A stretch of 57,554 nucleotides of DNA, filler included, from Sphacelaria rigidula (GCA_964200075.2; 8 parts of 8 records of this genome joined end to end with filler, not necessarily neighbours in it); one strand, 5' to 3'. Shown: positions 23,300-36,901, counted from the whole stretch's first letter. Notes: generated by a model from the letters alone, not told the origin. A program made the numbers and translations.

Positions 23300-24945
23300 T
23301 ACGCGCCTTTGGTCAAGTGCTTCCTACAAAAAGAGGCCAAGTATTGCGAACGAGAAACAAGGCTATAGCCGACAAATGACGAATCGCGCGGAGTGCTCTC
23401 GTGCCAGCTCACGAGCCGCTGCTCACTTTCGCATGGACCTGCGATGTAGCGTTTGTTCAACGGGCGGTGTCGTACAGCATCTTCTACCAAATAAAAAGTA
23501 TGTCTCTCCAAAAATGGTCCAAATCACCTTCTCGTTCCCACGTAACATGCATGATACCTTTCCAGTATGTCTGATATACAAACCTGCTACTCAAGCTCCT
23601 CGACCTCGGACTAACTGATGGCCCGAGATGCGATCCACCACCACACGCTCAAGAGAGCCGTTGGTATTATCAACCGTCATGTGATACGGCGGAGCTTTGG
23701 CTGCATAGTTGGTCTGCACGTACAGACTGGTTCCCATTGGCAAAGGTTTGATACCAGGTTCATCCGTGAGAAAAATTGTAATGCGTGAGAGAACCGCGTG
23801 CTTAAAGGACCGCATCGGAATTTCCACATCTCCATGGTTAGGGTTAGGGTTAGTGTTAGTGTTGGGGCTAGGTACTGGCCCGGTTGGTTTTGAAAAACGT
23901 TGACCCTCAGTTTTTTTGTTAACTACGATGCGGTCTTCTTAGCACGCGGTCCTCTCACGCATTACAAAGTATTTACACAAAAATTTCTCGCCTACCCAAC
24001 TATTGTCAGGTGCGGTATCACAGGGCCCAACCGTCAAGATTTTTCGAAGACCAGCTCAATTCAAGTATATAGTTATGACTCCAACACCTTATCCAACGGA
24101 GACTTATTGGAGCTAGCCCCTTGACTGATGGTGTTGACATCGTTGTACACCCATGCCCATTGATCTACTTTCCACGCCGGACGGTTGTTTACCGCATCAT
24201 CCAAAACAGTGTTTGCCCATGCAGCTTTGGCTGCATTAGTTTGGTTCTGCTCGCGTACAACATTATGTGCAAGAAGAAGACGATTACTACCAGAAATGTG
24301 GTACTCCTCGATATCTCGATCCAAACTTTGATGGCCCCCGAAAGGTTTCTCTTCTAGCACCGTCAGTGACAACCTGGGCATACGACCAATGTGAACTTCA
24401 TTGGGGGCCAATCCTATAGCGGCATTGACTGAATCGTAGTAGTTTATCTGAAGAAGGGGCAAGTGCAAGTCCCAGTCCGTTCGTCGTTCGTTGGGTACCG
24501 TTGCAAGCATTTGAGTCATCGTATGATTCACTCGTTCAGTCCCACCGTTTCTGGACGGATGGTGTGAGCTAGTAAAAATGTGATGGGCACCCAGGAGGTC
24601 ACTGATCGCGGCAGAAAGTTTGCCGGCAAAATGCGGGCCGTTATTGGGCAACAATCGTTTGGGTTCACCCCATTGTGAAATGTATGTGTACACAAGGACG
24701 TTGGCTGTGCCTGCTGCACTGTAGCTTGTTTCCGAAACAGCATGCATCACAGTGTCTGGGCTAAATCGATCCGTAAACAACGAAATGCACTTGTTACCAC
24801 TATCAGAGAGAGGCAACGGACCAAAGGAATTTCATGATACTACTTCATCAGGTCCGTTGGGGAGTGGATGGAGATAGCTGGCCATCGAACCGTGAGCGCG
24901 AAGATTTGTGCGCCTGGCATAACCGACAACACCTCGTCCACCAAC
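23300..24945 (-). mobile_element. Ty3/gypsy LTR retrotransposon remnant: integrase plus chromodomain
   Basis: RWWTRCCRLCQAHK (zinc-binding), FGPLPLSDSGNKCISLFTDRFS, NNGPHF, HPSRNGGTERVNHTMTQML, DWDLHLP, GRMPRL. C-terminal VDRISGHQLVRGRG...YWKG...TWEREGDL (23500-23650) is chromodomain-like. Stops and frameshifts present. Confidence 0.9.
23836..23872 (+). repeat. Interstitial telomere-like (TTAGGG)n
   Basis: ggttagggttagggttagtgttagtgttggggctagg. Confidence 0.75.
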
Positions 24946-24967
24946 GTTAGGGTTAGGTTTAGGGTTA
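24946..24967 (+). repeat. Interstitial telomere-like (TTAGGG)n
   Basis: gttagggttaggtttagggtta. Confidence 0.75.
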
Positions 24968-25229
24968 TTCAGCCCGGAGGTTTATGATCATTTAGACGTG
25001 CGACATTGGCTGTTTGGCGTTGGATTGTCGCTATGCGGAGCAGCATTATCGTGATCCCCGGTATATATATCCTCGTCCCGGGTTGTGATGAAGGATGCCC
25101 TTGAAAACAAGAGAGAGGGAAAGAGGGCGGCGACGATGGCGCGGGTGGTGGTATTGAGCTCGGAGTATCACGATGATCTAGACGTGTGGCGTTGGTGGTG
25201 GTATTGAGCCCGGAGGTTCACGGTGATCT

Positions 25230-28200
25230 AGCGTGTGGCGTTGCGTCGTTGACTATGGATTGTCGTGGCGGGGTACAGCAATAACATTCCCGGTAGGACG
25301 GTTGGTTTTTCACCCGCCCACGTTGTCCTTGCCTTCGGATGCGTCGGACGCGGCTATCAGGGGCTATTGTTTGCCGTCGGGCATGTGGCGGTGGTACATG
25401 ACTTTACCGCTGAGGAACAATCCCGTTTTGAAGGTCCTACTGTGCATTCGGATGATGATATTCGATCAATGTACTGGAACGCTCGGGAACGGTAATGTCG
25501 GCGCCGGTAGTATCAATTCTCTACAGGAAACGTCCATGGTTATGAGCTGATTGCGCGCGGTTGTACGGAAACAACTCGTACGTCGTAATGTGGGTATGAA
25601 TAAGCGCAGAGCGATAAGGAGCCGCGTTCGGGTGCTGTGATGCGCGTGCTTGGTGTGCTGGAAATTGACTCGGGCTTGGTGTTGAGACGAAGCATGTTCG
25701 AGGAATTTCCAAGGGTGTGGCTAAAGCAGTTTTGTGGTGGTCTACGGATTGTGTTCCCGCTAACCTCTCGTCCCACTGTCCCGATCTTCAATGGCATATG
25801 CAGGACATCAGGACACAGGGGGGGAATCTGTGTTCAGGCTTTTGGACTCGGGCTCCTCCGAAATGCCATTGCGCGGTCATCTGCGAGATCGCACTAGGGA
25901 TACTCGTTTATTAAGAATGCGTCGGTGGGATTGAAGCGTAACCGCGCTGTGATGGGAACGTAGCCACGACTTTGGCGGCCGCTTGATTGTCGGTGATGTT
26001 GGATGGGGAACGTTTGTCCATTGCGTGGGGCCCGGGTGGTCACGTGTTGTGGTTGGGTGTCTGTGCCTCCTTTTCCTTTCGACGAGATCACACGGGATAT
26101 ATACTCACCTTATTTCGTTCTTACCACCTAGTAAACTTGTGCGTAGAAGTGATACGACATTTTATCGGGGAAAGACGCAGCTGCGTCGACGTGATTGGGG
26201 CACGGCAGACCGGGTGGACGTGCGTCTCCGGGAGCCCGAAGGGATCAAGTCCCATTCGGTCGTGACGCGTGACGCGTGTCGCTTGGGATTTCCGTTGGCA
26301 TTTCGAGACGGAGGCGAAACGGTCGCGCTAGTGCTGAAGCCTTTGTCAGTTGATAAAGCGTCTCCTGTCGATGACTCGCTGATGATCTACGGTGTCTGGA
26401 ACAACGGGGGGATTCTGATATGGCTAGGTATGATGCGGTGACTACGTTGCGGCAAGTGGTGGCGTTGGCTGGGCTATCGTCTGCATAGCTATGCATTGGT
26501 GGCACCACACACTTGTCCGCGGCAGGAATGACCTTAAGGATGTTGTCACAGAAGATATGCGTAAATTCTATTTGCGGTTTGGTGTCAGAAGCTTTCGCCG
26601 ATCGGCGTGGGAGTAGGATCGGAAGCCTGGTCAGGGCACGGAATAGAGGGGCGAGTAGAGACCTCATCGGGGAAAGGCGGCCCATGACGCCGAGTTACAC
26701 GGTGGATGCTACATCATAACAGTGGCGGTGAAAGGGATACAGTGACATGTGGTAAAGGAATGAATAAATGAAGAGTAGTACTCGTATAGTCATGTGTCAA
26801 CGAAGAGAATTGGATGCCGAAATTGGAGCCGAGACTAAGTTGTCGGTCACATGTGCACGGAAGTGTCTTGCCCCTACGGAATGGATTGCATTGGTGTGAC
26901 GGGGGAAAGCGTAGGGGATGCATGTTGTATCCGCGCGTCGGCTTAGGTTCTTGTGAAGGATAGTGCGACGCCGCTCAGCGCAATGTCCTGATGGGAGCCA
27001 ACGGTCGGATACGTGAGGAGTCACGCTGTTTTTAAGCGGGTGATTCATGAGGTCCCCTCCCGCCCCCCGCTCCCCAAGCTTGGTTGGGGGCGGGAGTGCA
27101 TAATGTGACATAATCCGAAAGCAATTGCACAAAAGGCTCGATTCCGTGTTTGGAAAGAATCGATGTTTTGTGCAGAAGTGGGAAGAATTATCCCAGATGT
27201 TCATGGTGGTTGCAGTGTCTATACGTCATTTCAGAACACATTGGCATGCAAGATTGCCTGTATGATGAGCCAGGTGAGTCAGTTCAGTGTGGGAGAAGCA
27301 GTAGGGTACAAGGGCAAGTGCATCCACGGTGAAGTCACAATAACGATTTCTGGGTTGAAGTCGAGGTTTATGATATCCGGGAGACGGGTGTGGTGCGGCT
27401 ATCAGTTGGTGACAGCATCGCGAATCGATGTTGTCTGAGTTTTTTCCCTCGTCCACCCCTCTCTTTGGCGTTTTATAGGATTTGATTGGGTTTGACGTTT
27501 GTCGGATTGGGTTTGCGGCGCATGGCGCCACTGTCGAGGATTTTCCCGTGGGATCGGGTTTATCCTCAGAGGTTTTTCGGAGGGCTGAGTATTCTCGCGG
27601 CAGTGTTGAGAGTGTGATGTTTTTTTCCGAATATAGTTTCTGACCACCTGCCCGATGCTTTCGACGGAGGAATTGGCACGGAAGACGGTGTTCGGTGGCA
27701 GGGTCCAGCAGGGTTGTGATATGTGATGGGGTCGGCGCTCCCTGCGATGGTTTGTTCGGTCATTTTGTTTGAACGGGGACGGAGGGGATCGTGAGCACCC
27801 GATCGTGAGGGGATTCGTCCGATTCTTGTAGTCGCAGGCGCGTTCCCATCGCCATACGCATGGTGGAATGGAGCATACCGTGAGCCGACGGAACCATTGT
27901 GTCCCCAGTGTTTTATGCGGGTAGACGCCGTTCTGTTATAGTGGGGTTACGTTGTGGTGCGTGCGGGTATATATTACCTGGTGCACGCATTGGGGGTTTT
28001 GTCGGCAGGGCGTTGGCTAAGCGGCGTGGGTACACCACAAAGTGGGTGCACACGCAAGCTGGTGGGGAGATTTCTGTTGAAGCTTGAGGCTGGTGCGACT
28101 GCGCTCAGCGCAATCTCCAGATGGGAGCCAACGGTCGGACACGTGAGCAGTCACACTAATTTTGAACGGGTGATTCATGAGGTTCTCCCTACCGCCCCCC

Positions 28201-28260
28201 ACCCCCAAGCTGGGTTGGGGGCGGGAGTGCATAATGTGACAAAATTCGGAAGCAACTGCA
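25230..28260 (+). mobile_element. Tyrosine-recombinase retrotransposon remnant (DIRS/Ngaro-like)
   Basis: RNase H-like SDASDAAIRGYC...SINSLQ...MRVLGVLE (25330-25670). YR-like RRSDTTFYRG...ADRVDVR and LRQVVALAGL / LHS-LCIGGTTHLSAAG (26445-26527). Downstream direct repeat 26963-27129 / 28093-28260. Confidence 0.8.
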
Positions 28261-28361
28261 TAAATATATATATATATAATAATAATATGAGACCACGGCT
28301 GAATCCCGGGGGGGTCAGTTAAAGTGCGACAATCAATCAATCAATCAAATCAATCAAATAT

Positions 28362-28580
28362 ATGTTTAGCACGGTATGTCGTGAGCTTTCGATCGAGCAG
28401 GAATTCACACCTGCAAACAGCCCCCAGTTCAACAGCGTAGCAGGGCGCGGTCTTGGCATCATCGAAGCAACGGCAATGGCGGCCAGGATTCAAGCTAAGA
28501 TTTTGCTTGCCCACGTCCAGCTTTCCAAGACCGACGGGCTGTGGGCCGAGGCGATGCATTGGGCGTGTGAAGACACTTTC
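28362..28580 (+). mobile_element. Ty1/copia integrase core fragment
   Basis: FSTVCRELSIEQEFTPANSPQFNSVAGRGL...LWAEAMHWAC matches copia integrase (TPxxSPQxNGVAER...LWAEA). Confidence 0.85.
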
Positions 28581-29790
28581 TTCGATAGCCCCCCCCCAAA
28601 AAGTGCATGCTTTTTGGAGGCAAAACATGTACGTAAATCGAAATGTGAAAAGCCGAGCACAACGAGAAGCTGGGAATTCCCACGCCTGGGTTCGTTCTAG
28701 CAAATGTCGCCAATATGAGGTGCTAGTTCNNNNNNNNNNNNNNNNNNNNNNNNNNNNNNNNNNNNNNNNNNNNTTAATTAATTAANNNNNNNNNNNNNNN
28801 NNNNNNNNNNNNNNNNNNNNNNNNNNNNNGATGCGTGGTCAATGGTCACACGACTAAGGCAAGGAACAAATGAGTACCCCCCCCCCTCTCCGTCAATGGT
28901 CTGATGACTATGGCATGCATGATCATGAGTAGACCCTGCTTGGAACGAGTCCGTGGTTTCAAGGGACCAACCCATCTCTCCTCACGTCCTTAAGCTTTCG
29001 ACGGCGCAAATAATATTTTTCCGAAAAAGAAAAGCGCACCTGGTGGGAATCGAGCTCGCGTTCTCTTTATCACGTTCATGACACTCTGATCATTAGACCG
29101 CCGGGGCACTTCTTCACGCGAAGAGACTAGAGCGACGATGCGTCGCTCAATTTTTCGAATCTTGGAGTGAAATCTTGGCACCAGAGAAACCGCACTCAGA
29201 CTTACCCCGTCACCGCTGTCTTCCATTTTTTTTCCAGCTTATTTTGAGGAATTTGAAAATAGGCCAAAATTTGAATCGCCCGACGTTAGAATAAAAAATA
29301 TGAACAGAAGACACCGCTTACATGGTAGGCCCAAGTGTTGTTCAGTCCTTCGCCAAAAAAAAAAAACGGAACGTAGTCTGAGCTCTTTTCATCCCCTCGC
29401 GAACTGTTGCAATGCCCAATCTCAGATCCAGACACATGAGCTTGATTTGTCGTTTGTATAACATGCGAGCGAAGTGTAGCGCCTTTGCAGCGACGACAGG
29501 GCGCGTACGACCTTGACTCCCGCGCTGAGCATCTCTACAGGCGATACCGGAATGACTTCTCTACACACTGTCATTTTCCACAGGGTGTGCCAGTACTGAC
29601 GTATGTTTGTTTGCCGGCACTGCACCCTCCCAGGTGCTCATGGCATGGTAGTGAGTGCACCCACCATGTCCACATATGCATCCACTCAGTGCACAGAATC
29701 TGGGCTTCGAGATAGCCTTTTGAGGGCGGATCGACGGTATATCGTTATTCACTTAGTTTAGTTTCGGTTATTCGCTTATTATTAGTTTAA

Positions 29791-30047
29791 CCCTTTTGAA
29801 ACTCACAATGGAAATTTGATCATTTGCATTTGACGGTTTTTGAGAAAGATATTATGGTTGGTTTACAGCTCAGACGCAACAACGTTCACCCAATGCGTAT
29901 TTTTCAAACCCGTGCGAGTGACGAGTGGAACAAGAAAACGTTTCCTATTTACCGATGTGCCGTCCCATACTCTAGAACTCACTGCCGTTTTTTTAATGGA
30001 ATGTTTCATGGTGCTTTTGCTAATTATTGTCGACGGTTCCAAAAGGG
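29791..30047. mobile_element. piggyBac-type MITE (257 bp)
   Basis: TTAA|CCCTTTTGAAAC...GTTCCAAAAGGG|TTAA: TTAA target duplication and CCC/GGG termini. Confidence 0.8.
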
Positions 30048-30319
30048 TTAATTTGCTCGACGGCCGGAAGGAGCTGTTCTCCGGTGCACTACTGTACTAC
30101 TGCCTGTGTTGCGTCCGACTAGTGTACCAAGTTTCATGGGGATTACTTTACCTGCGGTCGAGATTTCAACAAAGTTACCGTCCGAAAGTGCAGTGATTTT
30201 TAATTTGTATCCGAGCCAAGTGCGGACAGTCACAGATTTAGGGGGGGGCATTCCGGTATATTTTCGTTTCTTTTATCTTGGCGCAGGATTGGGATTGTGT
30301 TTCTCTGGTGTCGAAATTT

Positions 30320-30569
30320 CACACGTCGCACGAGTCATTCGAAACGAGTGCACTCGTGAATGTTTTTTTAAAACACCACGAGCATACAGTAACTCGTTCG
30401 CTCGCCCTATTGATTTTTTTCACCACGAGCATGACTCGCGTGCTCGAGTCATTGGTTTTTTCACTATGAGCAATGACTCCAGTGCTCGAGGACCTCCGAA
30501 AACGGCCACGAGCAGCCGAACGAGTGCGAGTGCCACGAATCATACTCACTCGTGCTTATCCGACGTGTG
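30320..30569. mobile_element. Probable MITE rich in CACGAG/CTCGTG motifs
   Basis: Termini cacacgtcg / cgacgtgtg; repeated acgag/ctcgt subterminal motifs. Confidence 0.55.
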
Positions 30570-30649
30570 CATCTTGCTGTTCTGTTGGCTTTTCTGTTTG
30601 TACATTCGCCGGTCGCCCTAGTGGCTCAGCTGGTAACCTCGAAACCTTC

Positions 30650-32390
30650 GATGTTTCCCCGTCGAGCATCATATCGCTATTCGTACATTCTGTCATCTTC
30701 ACCATTCTCCACAATTTCACCCTGATCCCAGGTTGCCACAACTTTTCCCACAACCAATTCCTCCTTACTTTGTCATAGACATTTTGTATGTCTAGAAAGA
30801 AATAGTACGTTGTCAGCCCGGCCTCTTTCCTACCCTGAATAATCTCACCTTTTGTGTACACATCGTTTCCGCAACAACTACGGTTTGGTCTAGAACCTGC
30901 CTGCCCCTCGCTATTTTCTTCTTCCTTTTCTAGCATCATGTCCACTCTATCATTCAGAATCTCACAGAAGTTTTCCCTACAGTGCTCAGTAGCGTTATCC
31001 TTCTATAATTCCCTGCGTCAGCTTCGAACAGCCTAGATTCGTTAATAAGGTTCAACATTTCAATGAGTTTCGACTCGAAAACAGTGCTTTCCCTGACCTA
31101 AAGTCATGACCAATGAATTTCACATGGACGACCGCATGCCTCCCGACCTCCTTAAAACTATTTCGGGGGTTGCCCGTCTTCCGTGGCCCCAAAGCGTACA
31201 CGCGAAAGCACCAATTTCGGGCTAAAATCGTCCCCTTTTTCGCCCCGATGTCGAGGCGAAAAGGTGCTTTCGCACACACGCTTTGGGGGCACGGAAGACG
31301 GGCAACCCCCGAAATAGCTTCAAGGAGGCCGGGGGGCATGAGGTCGTCCATGTGAAACTCATTGGTCATGACTTCAGGTCAGGGAAATCACTGTTTTCGA
31401 GTTGAAACTCATTAAAATGTTGAACCTCAATAACGAACCCAGGCTGCTTTTGTCTCCTTTCTTGAAAAGGTTTAGTACTACCCCTTCTCTCTACCTCTGG
31501 GGTAGTTCCCCATGTTCAATTATACAACATAACGATCAAGGTAGATCATCCCTTTCCCTCATACTTTCATTCGCGATTTCGTCTGCCCTTGCTGCCTTTC
31601 TGTCCTCGAGCATAGCTACACACTACTTTACTTCATCTTTGGTAAACTCTCTCTGCAATTCTTTGAAGCCGCTATCCTTTCGTTTTGACGCCGCTACATT
31701 TGCCTCCTCTGCCCACGCGTTGATTTCTTTCTCGAATTCCGTGTCGAACTTCTCGTTAGTTTTTTGGTGCTCCTAGTTTACGATAGTACTCTACCAGTAC
31801 TTCTCCCTTCCCCTTCGAACTACTGGCCACTTTACCGTTCTGTACGCGTAGTGTGACTATCACCTCGTCTATCTTTTCTGCCTGGTTTCCCATTATCCCT
31901 TTTATCCCTACCCACACTTCCTCCATCCCGCCATCGAAATCTATATTTGTTTTTACACTACATCTTCCCATTTCCCCTTTTTTCTCTTCTCCGTCATCTT
32001 TATCACCTCCTTTCGCGCTTTAGCACACTCCTCCCGTCCTACCGTAGCTTGACTCAATACAAATCTTGCAGGTGCCTCTCTTCTTACTTTTATAGCCTCT
32101 TTCACTTCCTTACCCTACCATTTTACCGCTCTGCTGCATACGATAAGTTTCTTTCATATGCCTTTTGCTGCTGTGGTCTTGACCAATTACTCCCATCCTT
32201 ATATAATGTTCGCTCCTGCCCAATCCCTTTCTTTCTCGGTGTTACCTGCACCTACGCTTTCCAACAAGTCGGAGGATTTCATCGCATTTGTGGTCATCTC
32301 TTCTTCGACCTGCCATTTGTCGTGTACTTCTAGCCTAGCTATTCTTCACCTGTACAACTTCCTATCCCGTCTATTTCTCATGGCTCTCGT
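30650..32390 (-). mobile_element. LINE reverse transcriptase remnant (same family), interrupted by a MITE
   Basis: ENSEGQAGSRPNRSC...GEIIQGRKEAGLTTYYFFLDIQNVYDKVRRNWLWEKLW; upstream ASSSKGKGEVLVEYYRKLG. Confidence 0.9.
31029..31446. mobile_element. Foldback MITE inserted in LINE remnant
   Basis: About 185-bp high-identity inverted arms (cagcct..aggttcaacattt...gcgaaagcacc / ggtgctttcgc...aatgttgaacct..aggctg). Confidence 0.88.
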
Positions 32391-33893
32391 ATGATGGCTG
32401 CCTGTCCATATTAGGCAATGATCTGTAGTTCCCGCGTCCTCTGTATGTGCGTGCGCTGGGGGAAATGTAGACGAAATCGAGGTTGAGATTCGTCATCACA
32501 TCGGGTGCTGGATGCGTGGCAGGAGAGGTGACGAACGAGGATGGGGGGCTTGCCTGCAGAGAAATCGAACTTGAGATTCGTGGTCGTTCAGTGTGATATG
32601 CGTGAGACAAGGGCCGGGAAGGGGGGAGGGTTAGCTTGTGGAAACATCGTGCTTGTAATGTGCTTGTTGCAGTCGAGGTTGGGAATTTCTATCGCATGCG
32701 TCGTGGTAGGGGAAATTTCAGCGGGAGAAGAATTGATGAGGGTGTAGGCTTGCATGTGAAAGGAACAAGCTTGCAATATTTTGTTGATCTGGGTCGTGTA
32801 CTCCTTGTATCACAGTGGCAGGTTGAGTGCACGCGGGCCGTGGCGCGGAACGGAAAGGCCTGCTCGTGGAAAAAGTGAGATTGGGCTTCGCCCCGGGTAG
32901 AATACGCGTGGAAATGAGGGCCGATGAGGGGAAGGGCTTGCATGTAGCAGGAGTATTGACACGCCCACCGCACTGCTGCACTCTTTCCGGGGGCGGAGCT
33001 GCCTTACACAGTTTTGCCGTCCTATTTATGTAACGAAGTGTGGGCTCAACTGCGATGCTGCTGGATCTGTTGCCCGGTGGGACTTCTGTAGTTTTGTCGT
33101 TCTGTCCTTTTTCGAAAATAACGGGGTATGGACACATCCACGAGACTGGACGTTTTCCAGAGGGAGGGGGGTGCATACTGACGATATACTCAAGGTACAC
33201 ACAGGGGAGGGAGTGCACAGGACGAAAAGTGCGCGACCTAGCTGACGCACGATATCCAGGTGATGAACGTGGCAAATCTGTTGCGCGCGAGCCATCGGCG
33301 GGCTTGATTTAATCTGACGTGTTTTTTTTCAATCTGTTGTCGCACTTGAGCTGATCTCCCAGGGATCCAGCCGTTGTCTCATGATAGACGTACTCGACAC
33401 AAAGCAAAACCGGAACATTCGCTGAAGAAAAGAGAAAACAGAGGAGGAAAAACAGACAGAGTAAACGAAGAGCTCGGGTGGATAATTACATTGCCATCAG
33501 TGCCTGCTGAGCGGAATGCTATGATTGACTCGGTGCGGCAGAGGATACCCGATCGTCGGGTAGGGCTTGAAAGAAAGTTAACATTGAAAGCACTTGTCGG
33601 ACAATGAATGTGATGGTTACGTGTATCCACAAAAGAGGTAGTGCCACCCGGCAAAGGAGATACATTTTGGGAGGGGGGGGTTCTCCATGCAACATTGCCA
33701 GAGCAAAAATGACTAAATTTTTGTTGTGCCCGGGGCGGTTACCACGCCTCTATCGACGCATTCATTTTTGCTGTTTGACAAGGTTTTTTGCATTTGCATC
33801 GGAACCATATAGCTTCACCCATGGGGTTTCTTATACACTGGCTAGAGGGCGACAAAATCTCAACTCGCTTGCTCAACCATGTTAGGCTGATAC

Positions 33894-33984
33894 GATCGTA
33901 CTGGTCGAAAAGAAAATACGCGAAATCGTTTAAGCGCCCGAGTGTTCTCTGGTATTCTTCCTGATCTACAATATTGCCATTCTC
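33894..33984 (-). CDS. Candidate internal exon of an unidentified gene (weakly EF-hand-like)
   Basis: ctcctgacagtcctcag|ENGNIVDQEEYQRTLGRLNDFAYFLFDQYD; two possible GT donors (33901 or 33893). Confidence 0.3.
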
Positions 33985-34499
33985 CTGAGGACTGTCAGGA
34001 GCAGAGCAGGGTGCACAGAGTCGCGTTGTGTAATATTGGCAAGTGGTTTGGTTGATTGCTGCCCACTGATGTAGTGGCACCAGTTGTTTTCATACCGAGC
34101 AAGAAAAAAAGCAAACAGAGGGTCCTCTATACTCCTTGTCGATGTACACAGCGAACGTGAAAAACACATCAATTGGGCCACCGAAAGTACTGTACTTTTG
34201 AAAACACTACCTGCCCCGAATAGATGCTCACAAAAAATGGCAGCACCAACTAGTAGTGCCCTCGGCTCCTGCCGGCCACTCTCTTGGCTATCGTATAGGA
34301 TACATAACGGGTACTGGTTGCTCCTTTGTATCGTTCAGATCAAAGATATACTCGAGTCTCAAACGCCGAAGGGTCTGTCGATTTGTCTATGCCGTTAGAA
34401 GGTGGACAAGGGGGCGTTTTGGGGTAACCACATGTATAGGTGCAATGGTGTACGTTCAAGACGGGAATGAGATTCTATGCGCAAGGTAGTATCTGTGGG

Positions 34500-35400
34500 T
34501 AGGGGTGTGTTCAGTAGAGGGTATTATTTTTCTTGCAGACCTTGCAGAATTGTCTGGTACCGACATGGAAGTCTTACAGAAGTTACAGAACTGTCGGGTA
34601 TCGGTGTGGAAGTCTTACAGAACTCGCACAGACAACTTATCGGGTACGGTACGGAGGTTGTACAGAAGCCCTCACCCGCAACTGGGCATTTCTACAAGGG
34701 TATACCCGTACCCTGGGTAAGGGTAAACATTTTGTACAGAGCTCACACAACTGTCGGGTACCGCCGTATGGCAGGCTTACAGCGCCTACAGAACAGTCGG
34801 GTACTGATATGGGGAGCTTACATAATTCACAGAACTGTCGGCTACGGGTAATACCAGGGTTAAAACGCAGGGTATACAAAATACCATTCATAAGAGAAGA
34901 ACATAAACTTGGAATATTCCGAAACCATGATTCGATACATCACGCATGGTGTTTGCGCATAGTTGGGCTTGGGTTTGGTTTTGGTCTCTTGTTCCCCCCA
35001 AGGTCCCTGAGGACAGTTCAAGAGGAAGAATTTCTGGGTTTGTGTTCTGTAGGGTACGGATATGTTCGGTCGGGTTTTTTTACAGGACTGGGAGAACTGT
35101 CGAGTACCGGTGTGGACGTCTAACAGAACTTACGGAACCTGTCGGGTATGGTGAGGAGGTTGTACGGAAGCCCTTATCGGCAGCCGGGTATTTCTACAAG
35201 GACACACCCGGAAACCTGAAGGATCAACATCTCGTACATATCTCATAGAACTATTGGAGGTATGGGAGGCTTACAGCACTCACAGAACTGCCGGGCACGG
35301 GTACATGAGCAGCTTGCAGAACTCACAAAACTGTTGGGTACGAGTATTGCCCGGACAAATACCCCGGATATACAAAAAGCGTACCCTACAGAACACAGCC
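34500..35400. mobile_element. Two adjacent copies of a MITE with internal cagaactgtcgggta repeats
   Basis: Second copy has perfect 18-bp TIRs tgtgttctgtagggtacg (35041-35058) / cgtaccctacagaacaca (35380-35397). First copy at ~34500-34905 is more decayed. Confidence 0.75.
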
Positions 35401-36858
35401 TTGGATATGTGATCGGTATGTCGTGATATTCAGTATACTGTACTGTAATAGCAGTACAACGTATTACGATACCAAATAGAGTTTTATATAGAGTTAAAAG
35501 GTAATTGCTCGACGGACACTTGCGCGGATTTCCCCCTGATACGTGCTGGTACCTACATCACCCTCCCCTTTTGTGAGCCTTTTCTTCCGTTCTTGAAACA
35601 TGTCTGTGGTCTGTGGTCGACAAAATGTCGTCGAACATTCGGACACTTCTCGCAGCTTAACCCCCCCCCCCTCCCCCCAACCCAGGCCGTGCTCCGTCCC
35701 GGCTTTGTAGGGGTGGACCCCCGACGGGGTTCGCGTCGGTTGGCAATGACGCTATAAAACACGCCACTCACTGCGTAAGCTAGGCAACCAGGTTATCGAT
35801 TTTTTGTGCGCTTACGTTTTTTTGCGGTAACCATGATGGTAGTCGAGCTAGATCATGTTGTGCGGCGTGGGAGAACCTCAACTCCGCACAACGGGGATGA
35901 TCGTACTACGTAGTGTTTACACGGTGAGACACCGATNNNNNNNNNNNNNNNNNNNNNNNNNNNNNNNNNNNNNNNNNNNNTTAATTAATTAANNNNNNNN
36001 NNNNNNNNNNNNNNNNNNNNNNNNNNNNNNNNNNNNTTTGTAGGGATGCGAGGTCAATGGTCTGATGACTATGGCAAGCATGATCATGAGTACACCCCCT
36101 ATCCCGTGCCCCCTTTCCCGTGCGCGCCCCACCGCAGACGTGGCCAACGGAGAGAGGTACAACAAGGTCGGCTACAGCTTGAGTTGCGGCGGGTGCGGGT
36201 GCCTGTGCTGCTGACACCACGCCCGGGAGGGACAAACCCCTCCTACTTCTCTCACCCTTGCCTGGGCATGGGTGGGCGCGGGGGAGATCGAGGCGGCGGC
36301 TAGAACGGCGAGTTTCAGCTGTGATGAGACGAAAACCCACCCGGTTTTGTCACCATGGGGATGCGACGGCTTTTCGGCATAGCAGGGATGTGATCGATTT
36401 GTCGAGTTGTCGGCCGCAGCGTTTGTTTTTCGAGGTTTTGCTCGGAGGGCTGCCGCCGCGGGCTCAATACCCGCTTAGAGCTCGGCCTAAACGCGAGGTT
36501 TGAGCTCCATATATGTTTCCCCCGCTTTCGTCTGTTGGTGATGGTGTGGATGATGCCCTGTTTTCCGCGCGCCTGATAATGCGCCCGCGTTTCCCCCCTT
36601 ACAACCAAGAAATGATAGATGTTTGGTGGATGGGTAGGGGTACAATGTGCTCCAGTTGTGTGTGCGTTCGCCTGTTTGCTCGTTCGCTGACTGTGTGTCA
36701 ATTCGTTCTCGTGACTCATTTTGCTTGGTTATTTCTGCTTACGTGTATGTGTTTTAGTGTTGCATTTTTTGTTTTTTTCAGTTCCCGTGTTTCAGTTCCC
36801 GTGTTTCCTCTTTGTGTGTTTCCGTTCTTGTGTTTTCGCGCGGCGGCTCGGACGCAGT

Positions 36859-36860
<2 letters not shown>

Positions 36861-36895
<35 letters not shown>
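36861..36895 (+). repeat. (GT)17 microsatellite
   Basis: Read directly from the sequence. Confidence 0.97.

Positions 36896-36901
<6 letters not shown>

Noticed and set aside
30611-30660. SINE head fused to LINE RT as a chimeric element
   Set aside because: The two parts are on opposite strands and both are truncated, which is most simply a deletion junction.
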